From positions 1 to 31,016 of the IMG/VR virus record IMGVR_UViG_3300018070_000100: DNA of 31,016 nucleotides; one strand, written 5' to 3'. This DNA is from a virus. Its lineage: Duplodnaviria; Caudoviricetes. Below, piece after piece: positions 1 through 9,159 of the stretch. Under the pieces are notes generated by a model that worked only from the letters and a program-made list of their open reading frames with translations, searched no databases and was not told where the DNA came from. Every line of letters starts with the position of its first letter. The first letter of the stretch is position 1. Position numbers and translations under genes: made by a program.

Positions 1-524
1 CATTGGCCGTTTCTGAGCAGCACTTCGCGCGACATCATCAGACAGCAACCAGCTGGTAATCGCAGGATGTTGACCTTCGTCATATTACCTTCATCAAGAG
101 TAAGTTGATGCGGCGCGTGTACATATCCAGACAGGCCGCCGAGTGGCCGCCCGTCCGTGAGCACTCGATGCTCCTGATAGCTCGTCACCATCTTCGGCAG
201 CCAGCCCGGTTTGAATTCAAGATCGGAATCGCAGAAAAGGAAATACTCGGGATTCTGATAGCCGAGTTTGCGAACCTCCTGCAGGCTGGACCCGACGCCG
301 ATATTGAGAGCTGCCGGTTTGCCTAGATTCTCATTCAACAAAAGGAGCCTTTGAATCCTTTTGCGATAGTTGAATAAGACATCGAGAGCTTGCCGCTCGG
401 AGCCATTATCGACGACGGTGATTGTTGCCCGTGCCGGATCGAACGTCTGGAAATAGGTCGTCAAGGTCCGATCCAATAACTGAGCGCGTCCCCATGATAC
501 CATCACGACAGCGACTTCACTCAT
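1..524 (-). CDS. GT2-family (GT-A fold) glycosyltransferase, 3'-truncated by window edge; absent from the supplied ORF track
   Basis: Manual translation from ATG at 524 (ATGA overlap with endolysin stop): MSEVAVVMVSWGRAQLLDRTL...TITVVDNGSE...NENLGKPAALNIG...YFLFCDSDLEF...AGCCLMMSRE. VVDNGS, NxGxxxAxNxG and DxD motifs are typical of GT2; frame stays open to the edge. Confidence 0.88.
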   Translation of the reverse strand, partial: MSEVAVVMVSWGRAQLLDRTLTTYFQTFDPARATITVVDNGSERQALDVLFNYRKRIQRLLLLNENLGKPAALNIGVGSSLQEVRKLGYQNPEYFLFCDSDLEFKPGWLPKMVTSYQEHRVLTDGRPLGGLSGYVHAPHQLTLDEGNMTKVNILRLPAGCCLMMSREVLLRNGQ

Positions 525-952
525 TTTTCATTGTCGCCCAATTCGATATGCGGCGCATCGAACAACAATTTGAAATGACCTCCCCATTTGAGATCGATAT
601 CGAGCGCAGCGCCCGCTCCCTTGAATAGTCCGGCCATATAATACCAGCTCGCCAATGCACTCGCATAATCATCGGCAGCCTTGCGATACTCCGGGGGAAT
701 CGCATCGAGTGAAGGCCATGCGACTGGATAAGGCCATACGTCGATGGCGCGGGAGGGAAAGGAGTTGTGTTTTGATTTAGGCCATGCAATTTTACTATGA
801 CCTTCCACCAATGCCTTATCTTGATCTTCCTTTGATCGATGTCCGCAGATAATGGAGATATCAAAGAGCTTGATGACGATACGAGCGAGTCGCTGTAATG
901 CTTCATGCGCCGATGACAATCTCTCAAGCGAGAGCTGACTGAACTTGTACAT
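521..952 (-). CDS. Endolysin, M15-family L-alanyl-D-glutamate peptidase (T5-lysin-like)
   Basis: Motifs GHRSKEDQ, SKHN...AID, WGG.F..FDAPHIEL (Zn-binding H/D/H); adjacent to holin-like genes. Confidence 0.9.
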   Translation of the reverse strand: MYKFSQLSLERLSSAHEALQRLARIVIKLFDISIICGHRSKEDQDKALVEGHSKIAWPKSKHNSFPSRAIDVWPYPVAWPSLDAIPPEYRKAADDYASALASWYYMAGLFKGAGAALDIDLKWGGHFKLLFDAPHIELGDNEK

Positions 953-955
953 ATC

Positions 956-1267
956 TCAATCCTTTCCGTTTTCGAGAATGTCTTGCGCCTCGGCCAATGA
1001 CATGCCGTTAGTCGTGAGCTGATGTATGGCAAAATTGACCAGCCGTCTCGTCGTGCGCTGCTGATCGATGACTGTCGACTGAACTGTTTCGAGCTTGCTT
1101 ACAAGTTGCTGATGTTTGAGAATGCATTCTCGTTGCGGCACAAACGTGTTTCTAACGTCTTCAATGTCACTCGCATTTCGTGCAGCCGTGATTTTGAGCG
1201 CGCCATAACCGGCTGCCACACCGGCTAGCCCGATGACACCTGTAATGATAAAGCTCGGTATATCCAT
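956..1267 (-). CDS. Small membrane-anchored coiled-coil protein, putative holin/lysis accessory
   Basis: N-terminal hydrophobic helix FIITGVIGLAGVAAGYGAL followed by a coiled-coil-like segment; lies between holin and endolysin; TAATG coupling. Confidence 0.55.
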   Translation of the reverse strand: MDIPSFIITGVIGLAGVAAGYGALKITAARNASDIEDVRNTFVPQRECILKHQQLVSKLETVQSTVIDQQRTTRRLVNFAIHQLTTNGMSLAEAQDILENGKD

Positions 1268-1707
1268 TATTCACCCTCAACTTTGCGACGCTTATCAAAG
1301 GCTCTGTAGACGAGCGATCCAGTGAACATTGTGCCGAACAACGCATAGAACTGTGTTGATAGATTGTTGGACGGCGCGGTTGGGCCGCCGAATGCCGTAG
1401 AAATCGTGTTGAACAACGGAATCAGACCCATGTCGATCATCATGAGAGAATATCCCATATAGAGACCCCATGGCCGCGCGCGGCGAACGAATGAATCGCC
1501 CGACTTGATTTCTTCTTTCCAAAGATTCCGTATGCCTTCGCTTTCCTGAATCTGAAGTTTGATCTTTTCAATTTCAAGCTCCTGTAATTTTTTCTCAGCA
1601 TCAGGATTGCCGGTTACGGCGTTGAGAATCGTTTTCGCCGCATCACCGACGGAACTGATGCCAGTCACCTCACCTATGGCTCCAAGAATGTCTTTGAAGA
1701 TCGACAC
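1267..1707 (-). CDS. Putative holin (GTA 3TM-holin-like)
   Basis: GTG start with GGAAGGAG RBS; D(S)FVRRARP motif followed by hydrophobic helices and a basic end YRAFDKRRK, as in 3TM holins. Confidence 0.7.
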   Translation of the reverse strand: MSIFKDILGAIGEVTGISSVGDAAKTILNAVTGNPDAEKKLQELEIEKIKLQIQESEGIRNLWKEEIKSGDSFVRRARPWGLYMGYSLMMIDMGLIPLFNTISTAFGGPTAPSNNLSTQFYALFGTMFTGSLVYRAFDKRRKVEGE

Positions 1708-1709
1708 AG

Positions 1710-2111
1710 TTATCTCCTTCCATCCATTCCATTCCCAGTCGTTGGACTCGGTGATGCTTCCGGACTATCAACCGGGGATGGTTCAATATCTGTTTCCTTG
1801 ATCTCTATCTCAAACCAGTAACTACATTTATCTTTCACTTTTTGATAAATCAAATCCCACGGCGACGATGGAAATTCCTTACAAGCTGACGGCCTGTTTT
1901 TATAGATACCGCAGGCATTAACATCCACAAGCTGATTGAGCCATGAACAAGACCAATTCGTAACAAGCACTAATCGTTCGATTGGCTTGACTGCATTGTC
2001 ATTAATCCACGTTTCGGTCTGCACATTCAATATACGGCAACAGGCGGCCTTACATTTTGTCCGATCACAAAGTCCTCGACGCGTATATGTGATACTGATA
2101 TGTTTCGCCAT
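1710..2111 (-). CDS. YkgJ-like CxxCxxCC cysteine-cluster (Zn/Fe-S) protein with Ser-Pro tail
   Basis: CDRTKCKAACC...CSWL...CGIYKNRPSACKEFP...C pattern; C-terminal EPSPVDSPEASPSP. Confidence 0.75.
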   Translation of the reverse strand: MAKHISITYTRRGLCDRTKCKAACCRILNVQTETWINDNAVKPIERLVLVTNWSCSWLNQLVDVNACGIYKNRPSACKEFPSSPWDLIYQKVKDKCSYWFEIEIKETDIEPSPVDSPEASPSPTTGNGMDGRR

Positions 2112-2119
2112 ACGTTTCC

Positions 2120-2695
2120 CTATGCCGGTAACACCTCAGACATATGAATCCTGATACGCAACCTATCACTGGTAGCTATCGTTCCATCAGGCGTAATTAA
2201 CAACGTCAAACCAGTAGCGCTGTAAACCGTTGGCACCCCGCTATAGTCTGCGGAACATAATAAGGTATCAACATTTGATGATGATCGCTTATATATTTCT
2301 ACTTGAAAATGTCCTACATATCCAGGAGTCACATCCGTATTTTTTGCGTTGAAATACAATGTCCATTGCGGCTGTATGTTAAGGGTTTGTGGCGTCGTAA
2401 TAAATCCTGCTTCTGACGTAAATGATTTGATATACCCAGCCGATCCACTATATTCAGTTTCCGCATCATCGAATGATGTTGACAGTATTTGGCCGTCAGT
2501 AACAGGTTCGGTCGGCGTTTCCTGATGACAGTACAGAAAATTTGGCCACCATATCCATCTGTAATGTTTTGATCCGGTAGCCTGAATTGTACGAATGCGG
2601 CTTGGCGTTCCATTAAGATAATGTTTTAACCACATCCAACCATTAATCTTTGCAGCTAGATTTTTTTCTGTTTTGAAATATCCGGTATATGCCAT
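2120..2695 (-). CDS. Hypothetical virion/tail-tip protein (aromatic-rich beta-sandwich-like)
   Basis: Start placed at ATG 2695 (TAATG overlap with upstream stop) rather than 2737; C-terminal half resembles the N-terminal domain of 6907..9159. Confidence 0.6.
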   Translation of the reverse strand: MAYTGYFKTEKNLAAKINGWMWLKHYLNGTPSRIRTIQATGSKHYRWIWWPNFLYCHQETPTEPVTDGQILSTSFDDAETEYSGSAGYIKSFTSEAGFITTPQTLNIQPQWTLYFNAKNTDVTPGYVGHFQVEIYKRSSSNVDTLLCSADYSGVPTVYSATGLTLLITPDGTIATSDRLRIRIHMSEVLPA

Positions 2696-3840
2696 TATGG
2701 ATTCCTCATTTGGAGAAAACGCATCAAATCTTCCCATCGTATTGCGACATAATGACGGCGGCGCGGAATCTCCGGCTCTGGTGATGGTGATACAGAAGGG
2801 GATGGACTTGGTATGGCAGAGGGAGAAGGAGATACGCTTGGTGAAACAACAGGACTTGGACTTGGACTTTCCGCCGGTGATGGTGAAGGTGATGGACTTG
2901 CGGATGGACTTGGACTGACAGAAGGCGATGGTAAGGGACTAACAGAGGGACTCGGAGAAGGTGAAGGAGACTCAACAGGCGACGGGCTTGGGCTTGGCGA
3001 CGGCGATACCGATGGACTTGGCGAGGGTGAAACAGACGGACTCGGTGATGGACTAGGACTAGGACTAGGACTGGGAGATGGGCTTGGTGATGGTGACACT
3101 GATGGACTGGGCGATTCTGACGGGCTTGGAGATGGACTCGGCGATAGGGACGGTGAAGGCAGTGGACTCTCGCTTGGACTTGGCGACGGGCTGGGCGATG
3201 GTGACGGCGACAGGCTCGGACTAATTGATGGCGAGGGTGATGGACTTGGCGAGGGACTAGGGCTTAGGCTGGGAGAAGGGCTTGGACTTGCACTTGGAGA
3301 AGGGGATGGACTAGGCGATGGACTGGGAGAAGCGGATGGTGATAGTGATGGGCTGGGGCTGGGTGATGGACTAGCACTCGGCGATACTGATGGAGAAGGA
3401 CTAGCCGATGGGGATACGCTTGGACTGGGAGATGGTGATGGACTTGCGGATGGGGACGGACTGGGACTGGGAGATGGGCTGGGCGAAGGTAATGGCGTTT
3501 CATAGTATTCAACAAAACCAGCGATGGAAGCATATGTTGGAGCTTTAGAAACTACCCATAAATGAGATTTGGTCGGAGAAATAAACCAGGGCTGATCTAT
3601 ATCTTTGGGAAAGCAAATAGAAGCGCCACGTGGTGATAATATACAGCCTATCTCAGTCGGATTACCAAATAAGGGATATGTACCGTAATCATCTTGCCAT
3701 GAGATAACAACACTCGCATAAGTTATGTCATTATTGATTATCGATAAAGAAACTATATTGTATTCTTTACCTTCAATCGCTGAAAGGACTTTCTTAGTAG
3801 AAGAAGTTTGAAATGGTTCTCGTTTGATTTCTGGAGACAT
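2695..3840 (-). CDS. Ser-Pro repeat (extensin/mucin-like) protein, likely virion fibre or stalk
   Basis: ~115 aa globular N-domain, then ~240 aa of (SP)n with A/V/L/E substitutions; located in the tail-tip gene block. Confidence 0.75.
   Translation of the reverse strand: MSPEIKREPFQTSSTKKVLSAIEGKEYNIVSLSIINNDITYASVVISWQDDYGTYPLFGNPTEIGCILSPRGASICFPKDIDQPWFISPTKSHLWVVSKAPTYASIAGFVEYYETPLPSPSPSPSPSPSPSASPSPSPSPSVSPSASPSPSVSPSASPSPSPSPSLSPSASPSPSPSPSPSPSASPSPSPSLSPSPSPSPSPSPSISPSLSPSPSPSPSPSPSESPLPSPSLSPSPSPSPSESPSPSVSPSPSPSPSPSPSPSPSPSPSVSPSPSPSVSPSPSPSPSPVESPSPSPSPSVSPLPSPSVSPSPSASPSPSPSPAESPSPSPVVSPSVSPSPSAIPSPSPSVSPSPEPEIPRRRHYVAIRWEDLMRFLQMRNP
2775..3495. repeat. Degenerate 6-bp-period coding repeat for (Ser-Pro)n
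   Basis: Units such as GGACTT/GGCGAT/GGACTA/GGGCTG on the plus strand; highly mixed synonymous codons. Confidence 0.95.
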
Positions 3841-3846
3841 GACATC

Positions 3847-4203
3847 TCAATCTATTGTCCACCAGACAGCGCCAGATATACGCCTGCCATTGGTAATATC
3901 CATGTATAATTCCGTATTAGCTGACAATACGAAATGAGCATGATTTGCTATGTCGGTAGCGTCATAGCTCATAGCCAATTGAAACACACCACCACGTCCG
4001 GGCAGATAGATCGCTCCCGTGGCAGCTCCATAGAGTACAGAACCGGCAGAACCGTCTTTCAGTCTGACGACCTCATCATCTGATTCCGTGGTATTATTGT
4101 TGTGCATGGAGATTGCCACAACCTTGATATATGTGCCCGCTCCCTGAGCAGCAACAAGCGTGGCATCGACGGTAGTATCGAAAGCAGTTCGTGTAACACC
4201 CAT
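3847..4203 (-). CDS. Small hypothetical virion protein, paralogous to the N-domain of 2695..3840
   Basis: GGAGG RBS; beta-rich; aligns by eye with residues 1-115 of the SP-repeat protein. Confidence 0.65.
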   Translation of the reverse strand: MGVTRTAFDTTVDATLVAAQGAGTYIKVVAISMHNNNTTESDDEVVRLKDGSAGSVLYGAATGAIYLPGRGGVFQLAMSYDATDIANHAHFVLSANTELYMDITNGRRISGAVWWTID

Positions 4204-4215
4204 TGTATTTGCCTC

Positions 4216-6906
4216 CTATGGTGATGGTGACGGCGATGGTGATGCTTCCGTCGGCTCTAATTCAGATAAATCGAGAACATATCCAGCCGCGCTTTTCAAC
4301 GGTTCGCTTGGACTATAGAGTTTGAAATAGCGAGCCGTCTGATCGCTCGTGAAGATGCAATCGATATAATAGGGATCAGCAACGCCGCCAGTCGCCACTC
4401 TCGTCATCGAAGTGAATGTCTCTATATAATCCCAGCTTTCATTGTCATTGGAGATATACAGTTTGAGTTGCGCACCCGTTTTCAGACCAGGGCCGCATCC
4501 GGCGTATCCTGTGTCATATAGGCGCAAAGATGAAAGCGTCGCCTCTTCTCCCATATCAATTCCGACGCTTGGTCCCCATGTGAACGGCCGACACGCTACT
4601 ATATTGTAGATACCATCCAGCAGTGCAAAATAGCCTGTATTAAGTGTGCTCGTAGCCGGGTCCCAATCATTTATCAACCACAATCCGTCTTCGACAGGAC
4701 TCGGAGATGGCTCCGGCGATGGCGATGGCGAGGGTTCGGGGGAATACTCGAACGCGATGATTTCAACAGCCGTTATTTCGGTTTCCGTATCCTGTTTTTT
4801 GATCTTGGTAATCAAAAGAGACTTCCCATACCAGGTGCCGCCGAATGGCGCACGAAGATCATCGAGGTCGGTTGATAATGCGATCCAATCACCGACTTCA
4901 AGATGAGAATGGAGCAGCCCGAACGTAGAGAATGTGGCTTCTATATGCTCCTTAGACCACAAACCGTCAACACTGTTTACATAGACCTCGGCAACGTGTT
5001 CAGCAGCCTCTTCCGAAATGTTTTCCCATTTATATTCCGCACTCCGCGTTCCATGTGCGGTGATGGAATCCGCATCCTCATAAGTATCGCGATCAAGAAA
5101 TTTGCCGTATTCGCCATGCCAATTACTATGAACAGTCAGGTCGTTTATGAGTCGGCTCAATTTGACGACTTTCATATCGTCGTTAATCACATGATGTCTC
5201 TCAATTGTCGCTGCGATTTCAGGAGACGGATTATTGAATTTGACTGCGCGCACTTTGCCTGTGCTCGAATGGCAGATGGCGAACGTGGATTGCTCGCAGA
5301 GTTGCCGGACATATTCGCTTATCGGTTGCTGATCGAGGATGTTGACTCTGCCTTCCAGTATTTCCTCATAGGCATCGTCAAAGCTCGCCGTATCTATATC
5401 GTCATCGCCAAGACCTAGATGGTTTCTGTACATTGCCTCGATGATATAAATCAAATGCTCCAAATGTCTTGTACTGGTGAATCCACCAGGGTTAGATCGT
5501 CCACCAGCCTGAATCCATCCGCCATAATACTCTCCTTCAGCCGCTGCCCACATATCATCGGGCCGTTCTTTGAGTGTCCAACAAAGCTTGATATACAAAC
5601 GATCAACATCGAGCATATCCTGATTGTTAAGAATACTATCTCCCTGTCCCAGCGCACTTGATGTAACATCGAAAGCGAAAACGTATTCTTCGAGAAGGCT
5701 GGAAACAAGATCATCTATATTCACTCCGGTATTGTCTATTTCACCACCGCCATAGGGAATTGCGCCTGACTTTTGACCAATTTGGATTTTCTGATCTATT
5801 GCATCTTCTCGACCATAATAAAGATAGGCGTCGATATGCGTTATTGTAACCCCTGCTTTGGCGACCAGCTTTATGTAATGGGCTTTGATCAGAGTTGCCG
5901 ATGTTAGGTGTTTGGCAAACAATTCAGGATGTTCAAACGCCCATAAACCGCGTCCGCCCATTGTAGACGTATTATCAAAGAAGTTATCTTTCATCGTTGC
6001 ATACTGAAAATTAAACGTCTCAGCTTTTGCCGGATTAACGGCAGTATACGATTCGTGATCGTAAATACCGGGCAAAGTCGCATCGATTGGAAAGATCAGA
6101 CTGCAAATCAATTCGAGAGCTTCAGGCCTGGCAAGCAAAAGACTATTCGGCCCCGTATATGTATAACTTGGGTATTCTATCCAGACGACGGTCGGGCCTC
6201 CTAGATTGAAGAACACATTCTCTATAAATATGTCGTGATCGGCAAATATGTATTGACTGTACCGTGTATTGTTTGTTGGAATGCCCTTAGCTAATCCTGT
6301 ACCGGTATAATCGAGAATGACATCACTGAGCCAGTCTTTGTCGAGTCCTACATGGAAACGACCATAGATAAGAGGGATCGGGATATTCTTGAATTCAGTC
6401 GGAGTATTTGAAATTTCATCTTGAATTACGCGAGATGGAATAACAACATCTTCCACCTTGATTTTGTTCTGAGCTTCTATGAGGAATAGATTACGAGACA
6501 GTTGCGGCGCGGTGGAAATATAACCGGAAAACACATGCAGACAATCGTCAATATCCTCAATCTGATCGCCTGCCATGAAATATATGTCGACAACAGCGCC
6601 GTTGATTTGTGTGAGCAATTCCGAAGGCCGGAATGGCCGATCATTAGTATTTGGATAAAATGGAATATCAGATAATGAGATTGATATGGAATCGTATCTC
6701 AATTGCTTGCTGTAAATATCAATACTCTCCTCGATTCCTTCCACATTATTGAGTATCGGATATATCGGATTTGTATTGAGACCTTTGGGCATTGGGCGAT
6801 ATGAGAAGAAGTATTCTGTCGCGCTGATAGTGATCTTGATTATCGTTTCGGTCTGAATCCCTATTCGTTCGGCAAACTGCTCATATATATTCGATCTCGT
6901 CAGCAT
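4216..6906 (-). CDS. Large tail-tip/baseplate hub protein with C-terminal discoidin (F5/8 type C-like) domain
   Basis: Follows TMP and Dit-like genes; hub-like segments (VFSGYI, DSITAHGTRS...LEVGDWI); C-terminal IDMGEE...LYISNDNESW...ARYFKLY...LSELE discoidin-like pattern flanked by SP linkers. Confidence 0.65.
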   Translation of the reverse strand: MLTRSNIYEQFAERIGIQTETIIKITISATEYFFSYRPMPKGLNTNPIYPILNNVEGIEESIDIYSKQLRYDSISISLSDIPFYPNTNDRPFRPSELLTQINGAVVDIYFMAGDQIEDIDDCLHVFSGYISTAPQLSRNLFLIEAQNKIKVEDVVIPSRVIQDEISNTPTEFKNIPIPLIYGRFHVGLDKDWLSDVILDYTGTGLAKGIPTNNTRYSQYIFADHDIFIENVFFNLGGPTVVWIEYPSYTYTGPNSLLLARPEALELICSLIFPIDATLPGIYDHESYTAVNPAKAETFNFQYATMKDNFFDNTSTMGGRGLWAFEHPELFAKHLTSATLIKAHYIKLVAKAGVTITHIDAYLYYGREDAIDQKIQIGQKSGAIPYGGGEIDNTGVNIDDLVSSLLEEYVFAFDVTSSALGQGDSILNNQDMLDVDRLYIKLCWTLKERPDDMWAAAEGEYYGGWIQAGGRSNPGGFTSTRHLEHLIYIIEAMYRNHLGLGDDDIDTASFDDAYEEILEGRVNILDQQPISEYVRQLCEQSTFAICHSSTGKVRAVKFNNPSPEIAATIERHHVINDDMKVVKLSRLINDLTVHSNWHGEYGKFLDRDTYEDADSITAHGTRSAEYKWENISEEAAEHVAEVYVNSVDGLWSKEHIEATFSTFGLLHSHLEVGDWIALSTDLDDLRAPFGGTWYGKSLLITKIKKQDTETEITAVEIIAFEYSPEPSPSPSPEPSPSPVEDGLWLINDWDPATSTLNTGYFALLDGIYNIVACRPFTWGPSVGIDMGEEATLSSLRLYDTGYAGCGPGLKTGAQLKLYISNDNESWDYIETFTSMTRVATGGVADPYYIDCIFTSDQTARYFKLYSPSEPLKSAAGYVLDLSELEPTEASPSPSPSP

Positions 6907-9159
6907 CTATAACCTCCACAATCCATCATGAGAATATCCGGCATGGCGGGATGTTATGAGGGCGGCAGTCAACAACTGCTTAGAAACGCAGACTTCATCT
7001 ACGAGTCCTATGATCGATTTCGGATCGTTCGAAAGATTCTCTCCGCCAATTTGGAATGGCTCTATCGCATTTGTTATAGCGCCCGTTATAGCACTGATAT
7101 CGAGTGACGATCCGACTTGCACGCCATCGATATACACCTTCAGCAGGTCGAGCGTGCGATCAACCGTCACCACCAGGTAATGAAATGAGCCATCATCGAG
7201 ATCGAGGCCATATCCGCTGCCCTCGACCTCAACCGATCCATCGCCGAGACAGACATCGATCTTGCCTGCCGTTGTGATCGATACGGAATAACCGGCAACT
7301 ACGGGGCTTGGACTGGGTTCCGGCGACGGTGCAGGGCTGGGGTTATCTCCTGTTTTGCGCAACAGATATGTCGTCTCCGATACCGGGCTGGTTGCAAAGA
7401 TTGTTTCAAGCGAGAAATTGCTTATATCCATGTCAAGAGCATCCGCGTTGACCGCAGCGACTTCCAGGAGACCATCTTCGTCAAAGACGAAACAGGTCTT
7501 GTTGTGATTACACACGCCGTAATCATAGGTAGCACCCGCGAGAATATCAACAACCGACAATGTGTGGCCGCCGCCCGATGAATCCGCGAGCGATTCATCG
7601 AACTTCCAATGACCGACCGTCGTCGAGAGCATGGGCAGCGTCTTTGTGATGTAGGGAATCCGCTTGAATCCAACTTCCCTGACTTCGATTTTGGGCTGAA
7701 ACACTTCAGACCACGTTTCACGAACTGAATGTTCAGAAGTGAATCGGCAGAGAATCCAGTCGATGCTGTCATAATCAGGCTTGAATGCTATCGGCAATAG
7801 CCCGCCTTTCGACGCCCTATACGCATTCAGGAGAAGATCGGAATGAGCCTGCTGAACGAACACATATTCCTTATCGGATATGCGCACGTGTCCTCTGAAT
7901 CGTCGTTCCTGATAGCTGCTGCCGCTGCGGGATTCGGCAAGGTCATTGCCCCACTCGAATCTGACAGGCTCTGGATATTGGTTGTCATAAGGCAGGCTGT
8001 AGTCTCGTAACAACCATACGCCGCTTATTTCCATTATCGGCCCAACAGGCGTATCTTCAGGCCCCTCTATCGGATCACCGAAACCTTCCAAGTTGAATAT
8101 CCAGTATTGAGCGATTCGAGGAACATCGAATTTGAAAACCACCAGTGGTGTTCCGGCGCGTCTGCTGTCGGTAAACAATATGGATTCAAAACCATGATAA
8201 TCAAAACCATCGAGGGAGCACATGAGGCTCCATCTTTTGCTGCCTCCGAAACCTTCATTATAGTTGTGAATCCAAAACGCGAAAGCGTCCACTGTTTTGG
8301 GCGCATCGAATTTCAGATATAGAGAATGGTTTGATGTTGAACTTGGTCGCCAGTATGTGCTTAGATCGTTATCTAATGTGTATTTAGGCTCATGCGTTCC
8401 TGAGTACAGCATGGAGTAGTTGGTGTTCAGCTTAAGCGAAGCATCGACGGGCGCTAATAGATTACCGGTATCATCCCAGGTAAGTAACGGACTAGGTGAC
8501 GGACTGGGTGATGGAGACAATTCTTCAATTTGAACGAATGATGGGGTGGTACCACCCATCCGCATATAAAGCGAGCCTTCACCTTCCATGCTATCGATGT
8601 ATACTTTAACTACTAATCTATCAGTAGATACAATAGCGAATTCCGGCATGTTTTTAGTAAGTTCTTCATATACTTGAGCAGCCCCATATCGCGATATGGG
8701 AGGAGTCACAAATGAGTATAGTAATGTATCAACATCCGTAATGGATCGCTTACACACTTCAATCAACAGTGTAAATGTAATTCCATAAGTGCCGCCACAT
8801 CCAAAGTATAATCCAAAATGCCAACTTGAGAATGGTATAGAGTCATATCCGCCATCTTGTAATTGATCCCATAAATCCGTATCTTGCGTAATCCAAAACG
8901 ATTTTTTACTGACGATATTCGGATAACTCCCCGATATTTGATAACCCAAAAAGTTTGTTGGATAGGTTTCTTCTGTATTCCAACCTGTATACGACATATA
9001 TCGCCACACAACCCATCCAACCGATCCTTCTTCTCCTTCCATTTTTAGCCAATAAAATGGTAATGAATATGGCGGCCCCCCAGGTGGTGGATATGGCCAA
9101 AAAGCATGATACTCTACTATCGTATCAGGAATGCCGTGCAAATAAAATTGGAATACCAT
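6907..9159 (-). CDS. Multidomain tail protein: N-terminal beta domain, discoidin-like + Dit-like core, C-terminal LamG/ConA-like domain
   Basis: TLDNDLSTYW and AQYW motifs; VGHWKFDE...FSLET...DDGSFHYLVVTVDR...VYIDG...FQIG...GLVDEV LamG pattern; SP linkers between domains. Confidence 0.7.
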   Translation of the reverse strand: MVFQFYLHGIPDTIVEYHAFWPYPPPGGPPYSLPFYWLKMEGEEGSVGWVVWRYMSYTGWNTEETYPTNFLGYQISGSYPNIVSKKSFWITQDTDLWDQLQDGGYDSIPFSSWHFGLYFGCGGTYGITFTLLIEVCKRSITDVDTLLYSFVTPPISRYGAAQVYEELTKNMPEFAIVSTDRLVVKVYIDSMEGEGSLYMRMGGTTPSFVQIEELSPSPSPSPSPLLTWDDTGNLLAPVDASLKLNTNYSMLYSGTHEPKYTLDNDLSTYWRPSSTSNHSLYLKFDAPKTVDAFAFWIHNYNEGFGGSKRWSLMCSLDGFDYHGFESILFTDSRRAGTPLVVFKFDVPRIAQYWIFNLEGFGDPIEGPEDTPVGPIMEISGVWLLRDYSLPYDNQYPEPVRFEWGNDLAESRSGSSYQERRFRGHVRISDKEYVFVQQAHSDLLLNAYRASKGGLLPIAFKPDYDSIDWILCRFTSEHSVRETWSEVFQPKIEVREVGFKRIPYITKTLPMLSTTVGHWKFDESLADSSGGGHTLSVVDILAGATYDYGVCNHNKTCFVFDEDGLLEVAAVNADALDMDISNFSLETIFATSPVSETTYLLRKTGDNPSPAPSPEPSPSPVVAGYSVSITTAGKIDVCLGDGSVEVEGSGYGLDLDDGSFHYLVVTVDRTLDLLKVYIDGVQVGSSLDISAITGAITNAIEPFQIGGENLSNDPKSIIGLVDEVCVSKQLLTAALITSRHAGYSHDGLWRL

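Noticed and set aside
2775-3495. Possible CRISPR array or DNA satellite
   Set aside because: Degenerate 6-bp coding periodicity, with no constant repeat plus unique spacers and no cas genes.
2813-3505. Plus-strand 230-aa Gly-Asp/Gly-Leu repeat ORF (collagen- or RTX-like look)
   Set aside because: Antisense shadow of the (SP)n codons; opposite to operon direction and limited to the repeat.
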